In this document: piece by piece, positions 1 through 11,401 of the stretch
Position numbering within the stretch: the first letter of the stretch is position 1
How the letters are laid out: each line of letters starts with the position of its first letter
DNA from: Phyllosticta citribraziliensis
Taxonomy: Eukaryota
Length of the DNA stretch: 64,000 bases
Assembly: GCF_038025025.1 (NCBI RefSeq)
Contig: NW_027117342.1
Span: 496,001-560,000, forward strand
Direction of reading: 5' to 3'
Program-made: the position numbers and the translations under genes
Notes under the pieces: model-generated
Told to the model about the DNA's origin: nothing
The model's input: the letters and a program-made list of their open reading frames with translations, nothing else
The model's database searches: none

Positions 1-1719
1 GTCGAACCACTGGAAGGCGGCGCAGACGGGTAAGATGGCGGCAACGACGGCGACGACGTCCGGGTCGTTGGAGAAGAGGTGGGGGATGTAGTTGCGCAGG
101 CTAGACAGCAGGACCATGTTGAAGATGCCAATGACGGCGGCCACGGCGAGCGACACAGCGGCGGCCGTCTTTGCGGCCTTGGACAGCGTGGCGCCGATCA
201 AGTTGGCGATGCGCGTCGATGCTGCAATCGACACGGGGAATGGGAGGTAGTACGTCAGCGCCGAGATGGATGACAGCACGCTCTGCGCCGCCAGGTGCGT
301 CGTCGAGATCCAGCTCGCCGACAGCGTCAAAATTTCAAACGCCAAAAATTCTGTCCGCGGTTAGACACCTGCCTTGCTCGGAGGATAAAAGCTTCACTCA
401 CCTGCTAAAACCATGACGAGCCCCGGGAGCGCGAGCCGAATCATCGGGCCCCAGTTGCGCAGCGCGGCGCGCGAGAAGCCGCCCCAGCATTGCCGGCCGT
501 CGACGAAGCGAACGTACAGAAAGAGGAAGAGGGGGAGTAAATTCTCCGTGATACTCACTGCAATGGGCGCGCCGATGAAGCCCCACTCGAATCGCCACAC
601 AAACAGCCAGTTGAGAAAGGCGTTGAGGGGCGCGCAGATGAGCAGTACGTAAAGGGTCGCGGAGAAGAGACCTTGTGCTTGCACATAGCGCTTTGCGCTC
701 TCAAAGGCGGCGTAGCCTGGCGCGCCAAAGATCAAAACTTTGAGGTACAGCCCAGCCAGCCGGGCTGTCTCTTTTTCTGGAACAATGGCTTCGAGGATCT
801 GGGTTCCGGCTGCCCAGATGATGGCAATGGGGACGGTAATGGCCCAGAGAAAGTAGACCATGCGCTGGAGCTGCAGACCGACCAGCGTCCTTTTTCCGGA
901 ACCGTAGGCTTGCGCGCATAGAGTGTCCAGCGAAGTTGCCAGGCCTTGGTAGACGGCGTAACCCGTAATGTTTGCCGTCATACTGGCCAGACTGACGGCG
1001 CCAAGCTCAATCTTGCCAATGTGGCCGACGGTAAACACAGAGGCGATTGTCAAGCTGTACTGAAGCAGGAAGGTGAGGACCAGGGAACGCGAGTACTTGG
1101 CCAACACCTTGGCCTCGCGCTGCCAGGTCGTTTCAATCAGACCAGCTGCAACGGCCTCTTCCCAGCGCTTGTTGATTTCCTCGGGCGAATCGTGGCCGCC
1201 ATACGGCTTGTTGGAATCGTTGTCGCCCAGCAAAGCGGTGCGCTCGTCTGCTCCCGGACTGGCGTGATCCAAGGCCGCTTCCTCGTCCAAGCTGCGGCGC
1301 AGGCGCGGGATCGAGAATTTGCCCTGCAGCGGGCTGTCGGTGCTCCCTCTGCGCGGATGCTTGGGCGGAATCAGGCTGTTGTCTCGCAGCAGACTGCGCT
1401 CGTCGTGCCACGCCTCTTTGCGTTCGCGCTCTGTCAGATATCCATGCTCTTGCGCGCTGTGAACGACGGTCCCTCGAGGCCCGCTCGTAACGGCGCTCGG
1501 CCGGTGATAGCCTTCTTGGAACGTGTATTCCGACGGCTTGAATGATTCGTCCTCGTCCTCGTCGTCTATGGCGAATTCCGCATCCTCGAGATCCTGGGCA
1601 ATGGCAGCCGCGGCAATGGGCGACGATGCATTGAACGACGAGAGCTGCGACCTGAACGAGGTGCTGAACAGGCCTGGACCTGGCTCGGGAACGCGAGCAG
1701 GCACGTCTTTTGGCCCCAT
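1..1719 (-). CDS. MATE-family multidrug/toxin efflux transporter (ERC1-like); 3' end runs off the window
   Basis: ORF 394-1719 has MATE motifs (GKIELGAVSLASM; GLATSLDTLCAQAYG; FESAKRYVQAQG; GFIGAPIA; PMIRLALPG). Intron 401-351 (GTGAGT..CTAAC..CAG) restores the frame EFLAFEILTLSASWISTTHLAAQS, which continues toward the window edge. Confidence 0.93.
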
Positions 1720-2255
1720 GATGAAAGAAAATTGAATTGCTCAAGTTGAAAGAGACGAGGCAGTCCTAATATGGAGCCTCGGGTGGCGGGACAGTCATCT
1801 TTGTTAGGGCGCGCCGATAGGAAAAAGGTGCCGTTAGGGGACAGGGCCGGCAGCGAGCGACCGACTATCTGATGACTGGCACTGGCGGCCGCTACGCCGG
1901 CGGCTCTCTTCCTTTAACAGCATGTCTACCCGATCCGATGGCGGCGTAGTAACTGTGGTATCTGGCGCAGTGGTACGGCTAGAAAAGGCTCGTCGTGCGT
2001 ATAAACTTTTGTTTGTCCTACTCCACGTCATTGGCTGCGTGCCCTTCGGTTAATGATTCGCGAATCGGATGCCGCCCCGCTGCTTTCTATCTACTGCCTC
2101 GACGACATGAGGTCGGTTTTGTTCGTCCTGAACCGACCACAACTAGCGCTAGAGTACGCATCACGCGTATGCCGTGTTTCCACGCCATTTCCAGACGCCC
2201 CTCAGAAAACACTGCAGCTGTCATGCAGCCTGACCGCCCTTTGGCATCCAGCCAT

Positions 2256-3587
2256 TCATATTGCCCACCCAGACGCGGCCTTGGCTGACTTGCCCTTGGC
2301 AGGCGCCTTGGTTGGGACGTCAAATGCCTCTGGCGTCTCCGTCTCGTCGTTGATTTGCAGCACCGTCATGGCTTGATCCAGCTCGTCGTCGTCCAATTCG
2401 ATTGCTGCTTTTTCTTCAGCCACGGGCTCTTCTTCTTCGTTGTCGTCGTCGTCGTCCTCCTCCTCCTCCTCTTCGTCCTGATCTTCCTGTGCCTCAGCCT
2501 CGCCGTCAGCTCCCACGTCTCTCATGTACGCCTCCAATTCTTTTGCCATTTTCCTGCTAAAGCCCGACGCCTCCACATCGACGTCGATCCGTCGCGCTCC
2601 GGCAGCCTCGCCAACCACCTTGACTGCATCCTTGAAGAAGGGGCCAGGGTCGTCGCTGACAAATTGAAAGCGTCGCTCAAAGAAGCGCTTGATGCAATTG
2701 ACGTCCCTGTCAAAGTAGTACTCTGCATTGGCATGATCGATTGAAACCATTTGCGGGAAATCAATCAAGACTGGACGAAGCGTGATTTTGGGCTCTCCCG
2801 ACTCCGTCGTGTCTTCCTTTTCTTCCACCAGAATGTTGAATTCGTTGAAATCTCCGTGGATGAGCCCGTACTTGACGAGGCGCAGGATGATTGACATGAG
2901 CTTGTTGTACAGCGATGCAGGGTTGGCAACCTTGGAAATGGTCCTCATTGGAAACGCATCAATCAAACTCATGACGATGGTGTGCCTGTTGTGCGCAATC
3001 GGCTCGGGAACAACAAAACCAGTGTCCTTGAGCGCCGACATGAATGCAAATTCCTTGAGAGCGGCCAGGCGCGACATGTACATCCACGATCCCGAAGAGC
3101 GGTTGCGCAGGTAGTCTCGGTTCGCCTTGACTGTGCGAAACGAAATGCGCCCGAGGCGGTGGATCTTGAGCACCCTCTGCACGCCGCCTGGGGAGGCCAC
3201 GACGTAAATGTCAGACTCTTTGCCCACACCGATTTGATTTCCCACGCTGAAAATGTTGTTTTGTTTCCGGTGCGTGTTGAGCGCAAGGTAATCCAGGCCG
3301 CCGTAGGTCAATCGGTATCCGTCGTACTTGGCATTCTTGACTTTTGCAATGAGGCCGACCTTGGCCAGGTTTGAGATGGATTTGTGGACGCCGCTACCAC
3401 CGCGTAGGCCGGAAATGTTGGCAATCAACGGGGTGGGAACGATTTCGTGGTTTTTGCTACCCATTTCCACCTGCGCACTCATCAGTCGTTAGTGGGGGTT
3501 GTTGGAGGGGATTTTGCAACATACAGCAGTGAGGACTCTCCAGTCCTCTGCCGTGAGGTAGCGCATAGCCTTGGTATTGAGCTTCAT
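2256..3587 (-). CDS. RIO2: Serine/threonine protein kinase RIO2 (40S ribosome biogenesis)
   Basis: Exon 1 reads MKLNTKAMRYLTAEDWRVLTA. After intron 3524-3471 (GTATGT..CTAAC..CAG) the protein continues VEMGSKNHEIVP, YDGYRLTYGGLDYLAL, IGVGKESDIY, IHGDFNEFN and IDFPQMVS, then an acidic tail. Confidence 0.97.
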
Positions 3588-3863
3588 GGCGATTGGATTT
3601 GGTGGTGAATATTTGGTGTCCGTCGCGTCCGGGTTGCATCACTTTGGCCGGAGAGGATAATCCTCGGGCGGATCAGTCTCGAGCTAGCGCAGCCATGACG
3701 GGAGCTTCACGCCGCCGACGGACGCGCCTCAGCATCCAAACACCTTCATTCAACCCACCCTCCACAACCACCATCCGCCATCGGGTTTCGAGCTGTCTTG
3801 ACCCTCGGACACTTCCAACTCTCTCCGACACCGACTTTCGCCGCCGCTCACTAATCCGCCACC

Positions 3864-6787
3864 ATGGCGAAAGAGGACGAGAAGCCCACCACCGTCGACA
3901 AGGGCAAGGGAAAGGCCGTGGACGAAAAGCCCAAGGAGCCGAAGAAGGACAAGGACGGCAACATAATCAAGGAAGATGAGAAGCTGGATTTGCCGCCTGG
4001 TTGGTGCCCCGATGGATTGCGAGGACGCCGCTGACAAAAGCAGAGGAGCTGAGTGAGGAGGACCAACAGCTCAAGAGTGAACTCGACATGCTGGTTGAGC
4101 GGATACAGGTGTGTTGGCCATGGGTGGTCCGCGACAGCTACTGACTTGATTAGGAATCCAACACCAGCCTGTACAAGCCCGCGCTCGAAGCTATCAAGAA
4201 CTTTATCAAGACGTCGACATCTTCCATGACGGCAGTTCCAAAGCCCCTCAAGTTTCTTCGCCCACACTACGAGTCACTCGAAAAGACTTATGAATCATGG
4301 CCGGAAGGTGATGACAAGGTATGAATGCGCGAGACGGTAGTTGGCATGTATTGACGGCTATAGGCATCATTTGCGGACGTCATGTCGGTTCTCGGAATGA
4401 CGTCGTCGGACGAGACTCGCCGCGATACCCTGAAATACCGCCTGTTGGCGCCATCCAACGATCTCGGTTCTTGGGGTCACGAATACATGCGCCATCTCGG
4501 TCTCGAGATTGGCCAGGAATTCCAAGAGAGATTGAACGAGGACAAGCCGTCGGATGACTTGATTGAGCTCGCGCTCAACCTCGTTCCCTTCTTCCTCAAG
4601 CACAATGCCGAGGCCGACGCCGTCGACATTCTCAGCGAGCTCGAAATGATCGAGTCGATTCAGCAATACCTGGACCAAGACACGTTCTCTCGAGTCGCGC
4701 TCTACATTGTCAGGTATGTTGCAACAACCACCATCTTTCTTTGCTAACAAAATCAGCATGGTTCCCCTTCTTCCTTACCCCGACAACGACCGCTTCCTCC
4801 GCACCGCCTACAAGATTTACCGCCAATACAACCGATACACGCAGGCCGTCGTGATTGCCATTCGCCTGCACGACAAGGAGCTGATTCAGGATGTCTTCAA
4901 CGCCACCGACGACAGGTCGATCAAGAAACAAATGGCATTTTTGATTGCTCGTCAAAGGATCGTGATTGACTTGCCAGAGGGTGAGGAAGATGGAGAGCTG
5001 GCCGAGTGTCTCAACAACACGAACCTGTCGGACTACTTCAAGGTGCTTGCCAAGGAGCTCAACATTTTGGACCCCAAGACTACCGACGACATTTACAAGA
5101 CGCACCTCGAGAGCTCCCGGACAGCAGGCTTGACCAACACCGACTCGGCAAGGCACAACCTCGCCAGCGCGTTTGTCAATGCGTTTGTCAACGCTGGATT
5201 CGGCAATGATAAGATGATGCTGGTCGAAGAAGACAAGCACAGCTGGGTGTGGAAGACCAAGGACGAGGGCATGTTGTCAACGGCAGCCTCGTTGGGTTTG
5301 TTGATGCTCTGGGATACCGAAGGCGGCTTGGATAAGATTGACCGTTACACCTACCTCGACGAGGACCAAATCAAGGCCGGAGCCATGCTTGCGGGTGGCA
5401 TCGTCAACTCTGGCGTCAGGAGCGACGCTGACCCTGCCATGGCTTTGCTGGGAGACCAAGACAACCTGGAAGCCAAGAGCGTGCCCATCCGAGTAGCATC
5501 CATCATGGGTCTTGGTCTGGCGTACGCGGGATCTAACAAGGAGGAACTTCTCGAAATTCTCCTGCCCATCGTCTCCGACACGTCCCTCGACATGCAGCTC
5601 TCCGCCATGGCCGCCCTGTCACTCGGAATGATTTTTGTCGGCTCGGCGCAGAGCGACGTCAGCGAGGCAATCATCCAAACATTCCTCGACGAGGACCGCA
5701 CGAAGCAGCTCAAGGACAAGTGGACGAGGTTTATGGCTCTTGGGCTTGCGCTCCTCTTTTTCGGCCAGCAAGAAGAGGTCGACGTCATCCTGGAGACTCT
5801 CAAGGCCATCGACCACCCCATGTCCAAGCCCACATCGGTCCTCGCCGAGGTTTGCGCGTGGGCCGGCACCGGCGCTGTGCTCAAGATTCAGCAGCTGCTG
5901 CACATTTGCAACGAGCACATTGAAGACGAGAACGACGAAAAGAAGGGCGACGAGCTTCTCCAGGCCTACGCCGTCATTGGCATCAGCTTGGTGGCCATGG
6001 GAGAAGAGGTTGGCCAGGACATGGTCATCCGCAACTTTGGCCATTTGATGCACTACGGCGAGGCCAACATCCGGAAAGCAGTCCCCTTGGCCATGGGTCT
6101 CCTCAGTCCCAGCAACCCCCAGATGAAGGTCTACGACACACTGTCGCGGTACAGCCACGACAATGACAATGAGGTGGCCATCAACGCAATCTTCGCCATG
6201 GGTCTGCTGGGCGCCGGTACGAACAATGCCCGTCTTGCACAGCTGCTGCGCCAACTCGCCTCGTACTACTCGCGAGACCCCAATGCGCTCTTCATGGTGC
6301 GCATCGCCCAGGGTCTGCTGCACATGGGCAAGGGCACGTTGGCGGTCAATCCCTTCCACACTGACCGCCAGGTCCTTTCCCGCGTCGCCGCAGCGGGTCT
6401 CCTGACGGTGTTGGTGTCGCTGATTGACGCAAAGCAATTCATTCTTGCCGAAAGCCATTACCTACTCTATTTCATGGTGTCGGCCATGCAGCCCCGCTTC
6501 CTCATCACCCTCGACGAAGAGCTGAAGCCGCTCATGGTCAACGTGCGGGTGGGTCAGGCGGTGGATGTGGTGGGCCAGGCTGGTCGGCCAAAGACGATTA
6601 CTGGCTGGCAGACGCAGAGCACGCCAGTGTTGCTGGCGTATGGCGAGCGTGCGGAGCTCGAGGACGAGCAGTACATTAGCTTGGGCAGCACCCTGGAGGG
6701 CATAGTGATTCTGCGCAAGGCAAGTTTCCCATCCCCAAGCAAGACGTCGACTAACATTTTTAGAATCCGGAATGGGAGGAGAAGTAG
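3864..6787 (+). CDS. RPN1: 26S proteasome regulatory subunit Rpn1 (PSMD2)
   Basis: Multi-exon gene with TSTSSMTAVPKPLKFLRPHY, WGHEYMRHL, HNAEADAVD, NLASAFVNAFVNAGFG, GAGTNNARLAQLLRQLASYY and VRVGQAVDVVGQAGRPKTITG. The last intron 6720-6763 (GC donor) gives the C-terminus ILRK|NPEWEEK*. Confidence 0.97.
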
Positions 6788-6980
6788 TCAAAACTAGAGG
6801 TAGCATTGCGGGATAAATAGAGCATTCCAATGATATTGATGTGTCAGCAAGTTTGCAGGGTTTGTCAGTTTTGATAAGCAGTGATGACGAAAGCGGGGCG
6901 CGGGGTATACCCTCGACATGTCTGCTCTTCCACGGCTCCGTCTTGTTGCTCGACAGTTTTCCAGTGCAAATCGATTGAAC

Positions 6981-8084
6981 ATGGCTGTGAGGTCTTTGAT
7001 CCTTCTCCCAGCGTCAGCTAACGAATCAGGCCAAAAACATTCTCAATTGGGTGGATCCTAATGACAAGTCGGGCGAGTTTAAACGCCAGACTTCCGTCTT
7101 TCGCAGCTTCATCTCGGCCGCCCCAGGAGCAGAATTTCCGCCTGAGAAGGGGAGGTATCACTTATACGTCAGCTATGCGTGTCCGTGGGCGCATCGGACG
7201 CTCATTGTGCGCAAGCTCAAGGGATTGGAGGACATAATCGGGTACACCAGCGTACACTGGCACATGGGCGAAAAGGGTACGTCCCATCTGTGAAGCAAGG
7301 CCAAGCTGACAAGACAGGATGGCGCTTTGCAACGGCGGAAGAGCAAAAGGAGGGCCTGCCAGGCGACAACGTCACCGCGGACCCGCACCACCCGTCCTTC
7401 ACGCACATCCGCGACATCTACTTCTCGCAGGACCCCAACTACGGCGGCCGCTTCACGGTGCCCACGCTGTACGACACGGTGGCCAAGCGCATCGTGTCCA
7501 ACGAGAGCAGCGAGATCATCCGCATGCTGTACACCGAGTTCGACGCGCTGCTGCCGGCCGAGTATCGCGCGCCCGCCGTCGACCTGTTCCCGGAGGCGCT
7601 GCGCAGCGGCGTTGACGAAGCCAACGCCTGGATGTACGACGACATCAACAACGGCGTCTACAAGTCCGGCTTCGCGACGACGCAGGCGGCGTACGAGGCC
7701 GCCGTCACCAAGCTCTTTGCCGCGCTCGACCGCGCAGAGGCGCATCTCGCGTCCACCAAGGCGCCGTTTTACCTCGGCGACTGCCTGACCGAGGTCGATG
7801 TGCGCCTCTACACGACCATTGTCCGCTTCGACCCTGTCTACGTCCAGCACTTCAAGTGCAACGTCCGCGACATTCGCAGCGGCTATCCCTACTTGCATGC
7901 GTGGTTGCGCCGCTTGTATTGGCAGAATGAGGCGTTTGGGCCGGCGACGACGCAGTTTGAGCATATTAAGCGCCACTACACGCAGAGCCACGCGCAGATT
8001 AATCCCAAGGGAATCACGCCGGTGGGCCCGCTGCCGAACATTCTGCCCTTGGAGGAGGAGGTGCCGGCCGTTCAGAAGTTGTGA
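6981..8084 (+). CDS. Omega/Xi-class glutathione transferase (glutathionyl-hydroquinone reductase, ECM4-like)
   Basis: The first coding exon is 6 nt (ATGGCT), followed by intron 6987-7029. Motifs: GEFKRQ, RYHLYVSYACPWAHRTLI (CPWA active site), RFTVPTLYD, IVSNESSEIIRM, INNGVYKSGFA, IVRFDPVYVQHFKCN. A second intron lies near 7277-7317. Confidence 0.94.
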
Positions 8085-8218
8085 TAGTATGAATGTATAT
8101 GTATTCTTTCGCCAGAGCTGGCTCGAGTGATGTGAAGCTGGCAAAACGAAAGGTTGGGTGAGGCTAGGAGGATTGCTAAGGTGAAGCGAGGGAGCAAAAA
8201 GAAAAGGCAAAAGAAACT

Positions 8219-8304
8219 TGCGTCGGCCGAGACTCGAACTCGGATCTCAAGCTAATCTACTAAGGAGTGGAAGGCTTGAATGATAACCCCTACACTACCG
8301 ACGC
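8219..8304 (-). tRNA. tRNA-Gly (anticodon TCC) with 14-nt intron
   Basis: The minus strand has acceptor stem GCGTCGG/CCGACGC plus discriminator A, anticodon stem CAAGC/GCTTG around CT-TCC-A, intron 8267-8254 at the canonical 37/38 position and T-loop GTTCGAGTC. T-runs just downstream fit a Pol III terminator. Confidence 0.95.
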
Positions 8305-9143
8305 TTGATGAAAGAAGGGCAAGCCTTTGTGTTTATTTACTGTTTGGTTGCATCCCAGCTGGGATTTACCTTCGCCTGACTCGATCCACGACGACGACCT
8401 CACCTCACTTCCTCGACCGCCTCGACGTTCCCTCTTGCGCGAATTTTTCTCTGCTATAAAGCTGGAACTAACTTTGCGATCGATCATGATAAAATCTGGT
8501 CGGAAATCGCGTTCGACCTGCGCAAAAACTTGCCATTTTGCACCATGTTTGTATCGTGCATCTTTCTGCAACCAAAGTCAAAACAACTGTGACAGGAAAA
8601 CGATGGAACAACCAGGCGACTTGCCTTCCCCCCTTCTCGCCCTCTCTGCAATACACTTGGTGATCTGCAACGACTTTGCGCCTAGCTTTCTCCTTTCTTC
8701 CCAGTAGGCTTTGCCGAATGATGTGTTTTCGGTTCACTCATCCATCCGTTGAGGGCAAACAAGGCCTCGTTGGCCCAGGTTAGCGAGCACAACCAACTTC
8801 CAATGCCTCGCCGCCGCTCTCTCATCATCTCATCATCGGCAAGCATCCCCTCCACAGTCTCCTTCCCTCCAAAGTCCTCTGTTTCTTCAAAATCAGCTCT
8901 TCCACAGCGGGTGCGTGGCCCGCGGACCATGGGAGCGCCTCAACAAGTACCAAAAAGCAAACCAGTGCTCGCATGACTGCGCCGCCCTTTCTGCGCCTAA
9001 CCACGACACCGCGCCAACGTTGACAAATGGTTGAGCCCCGCACTGTACAAAATGCTTTCTTTTCATCACCCGGTCCAGAGGCCAGCCGAAGCCGACCATT
9101 TGTGGGTACTCTTTCTAAGAGCGTAAAAGTCGTAACAGGGCGT

Positions 9144-9300
9144 GGTCCGATGATGAGATTCAAAAAAGCTGATTTGTCGCTTCCGGCGCTGCGTTTCGGT
9201 CGTCTTTGGGACTCTATACCTAGTCGTTTGCGCTCTGCGCGGCGGACGGGGTGCGAGTAACGAGCGCCTGCGTGGCCCGGCTTCATGTTGCTCTGAGGCC
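9144..9300 (+). ncRNA. Putative box C/D snoRNA-like RNA, copy 1
   Basis: Box C ATGATGA at 9150-9156, internal CTGA (D') at 9169-9172, box D CTGA at 9293-9296, terminal stem GGTC/GGCC. Clear paralogue of 9872-10014. Confidence 0.6.
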
Positions 9301-9871
9301 CGAGGAGGTTTGGCTCTGGCGGAATGTTTTGTCTTTTTGCGTGGGAGCAGCTTTTCTTTTGCTTTTCTCAGTTTCTTGACTTTCATTTCGAGGCGATACT
9401 TGTCACTCTGCGATTTGCCGAATATCACGACAACAGAGAATATTGGGGGAGCGCTGCGACGGTGTTGAAAGGCAGGGTTCATTGGTTGATGTACATCCGA
9501 AATACAACGTTTTGCAAAACTTTGAATCCGACGAACCATATGACAACAAGTGACGACCAAACGCCATGCCAACCCGAAGTATGAGAAGAGAAACTAACAA
9601 CCCCAACCACTGTGTCCTAACCCCTGTGTCCCAAAACCGTTATCGTACCGTAACATCGAGCGCAACGGCCGGAATAGGGCGCCATCGAGGAGACATTGTT
9701 GGGATCCAAGGAGCACCTGTGAAAAGTACAAAAGATTGGGGGTCAGCAAAGCTGACCATTTATGGGTACTCTCCCTACAGATAGCAACGAGTTGTATTTT
9801 TCCTCCCCGACCGCAGTCTCAGATATTAATGATCGTCTTCATTGAGAGAGCACCCACCTTGAAGGCAACCA

Positions 9872-10014
9872 AGGCCGATGATGAGAGTCGAACAAAAGAA
9901 AAAGCTGAATCTGTCGCTTCCGGCGCCGCGTCTCGGGTCGTCTTTGGGACTCTGCTCGATGAGTGGAGTAACGAGCGCCTTGCGCGGCCCGGCACTGATG
10001 ATGCTCTGAGGCCT
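9872..10014 (+). ncRNA. Putative box C/D snoRNA-like RNA, copy 2
   Basis: A perfect terminal stem AGGCC/GGCCT flanks box C ATGATGA (9878-9884) and box D CTGA (10006-10009). D' CTGA is at 9905-9908 and C' TGATGA at 9996-10001. Shares the blocks AAAAAGCTGA, TGTCGCTTCCGGCGC, GGTCGTCTTTGGGACTCT, GAGTAACGAGCGCCT and GGCCCGGC with copy 1. Confidence 0.7.
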
Positions 10015-10320
10015 GGGGCAGTCCGAGTGGGAAGACAAAGATGGGAAAACGAGTTGATGAAAAGATGAGACAGGGGAGATCGAGGTAAGTTATATCCTTC
10101 ACTTGCTACAGATGGCTCTTGCTTTGCCATGGGCTTGTTTACGCTTGATCAGGCCACGGGCGAGGCGGACCAGCACGACAGAAACGACGAAGGGGCTCCA
10201 GAAGGAACAACTATCGGTGCAGGGAGCGACCGCACCGAGTCGATTCGGAATTGAGAATGCGCTGTGGACCAAGCGACCCGCAGGTTACTACACGAAGAAG
10301 TTACAGTTTGCTGGCATCGA

Positions 10321-10364
10321 GACGGACGTCGACGGACATCGACGGACATCGACGGACATCGACG
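10321..10364. repeat. 10-bp tandem repeat (GACGGACATC) x ~4.4
   Basis: gacggacgtc gacggacatc gacggacatc gacggacatc gacg, read directly. Confidence 0.9.
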
Positions 10365-11401
10365 ACTTGTACCAACAGCCACCACACAGCAGGAACAGAT
10401 TTCATATAAGAGCAGGAGACACGCAACGCAGCGAGGGAGAGATACTGGGCTCGGCTGAAAGTACGCATTTCATTGCAGAGGAAGGAGAATATCGACGTCA
10501 ACACTTGCCGCAATCGACATGAACCGAGCTTTCCCACGGCTACATAGTTCACAGCGGCTTCGCGAGAAGAAATGAAACCACACTGTTGACACGGAGTAGC
10601 AAAGAATCGCTCAAATGCTCAAAAAAACACTCCACCTGCTTAACCCCTGAGAAACCGCAGCAGAAGCGACCGGGAGTGAGCGCATAGCGGAGGACGAAGT
10701 ACAAGCCCGGGCGCTACCTTCCAAAAAGCACACGGCAAAGTCCCCAATCAGAATATCAAGGGCAGCCATGACAGCGACAGCAACTCTCCGGGAGACCGCG
10801 CCCGCTGCAAGCAGCAGCGTCGATGCTCACCACGAGGGACTCCGACATCCGCCCCTGACGCCGCAAAATGGCCTCGTGCGTTTCGGTCTCTTCATCCAAG
10901 CAAGGGAGGCTCGAACACGCCTGCTCGACCGAATTGCGCTCGCAATCAAACTCGTCATCCCCTTCCTCGCCATGTGCGTTGCTGGAATGGACTGCGCGGC
11001 GGAAAGCCGTCGTCTCAAAACATCGCAATGGACGCATCAGTTTTCGCAGGTGTCACAAGCAGATTTTTTGGGAAAAGCTAGTGATGCCAGAGAGATTTGG
11101 TTTTGCTATGCTACAGCGTACATGCTACAGGGTGGCGATGATTGGTGGTGTGAAGAAACGACGAGCTGACTGTCTGACTGGCTGGCTGATGGCGCACTGA
11201 CTACCGTAGTATTACATGGATATCTCGAAGCAAGTGTGGAGTCGACCGCGGAAAACGGCGAGCAGAAGCAGAAGAATGAGAAGGAAGGGAAATACAGGAG
11301 GAGAGACAGGGTGAAAGCGACCCGGCAATTTAGTCACCTACAATGCACATCGCGCGTGCGTTCAGGGGGCCCAGGAAAGGCAGTGCAGTCGGAGCAGCAC
11401 A

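Noticed and set aside
7173..8210. Long antisense ORFs (345 aa here; also 5619-6458, 14121-14918 and 62255-63340)
   Set aside because: They are shadows of high-GC3 genes on the opposite strand and have no recognisable motifs.
9089..10014. U3, U14 or telomerase RNA identity for the duplicated element
   Set aside because: The U3 box A (GATCATTTCTATAG-like) and U14 domain A (CATTCGCAG-like) sequences are absent, and there is no full TAACCCTAA template (only CCTAACCCC at ~9616).
10103..11200. Short ORFs that might be a gene remnant
   Set aside because: No coherent frame or family motif; one ORF runs through a 10-bp tandem repeat.
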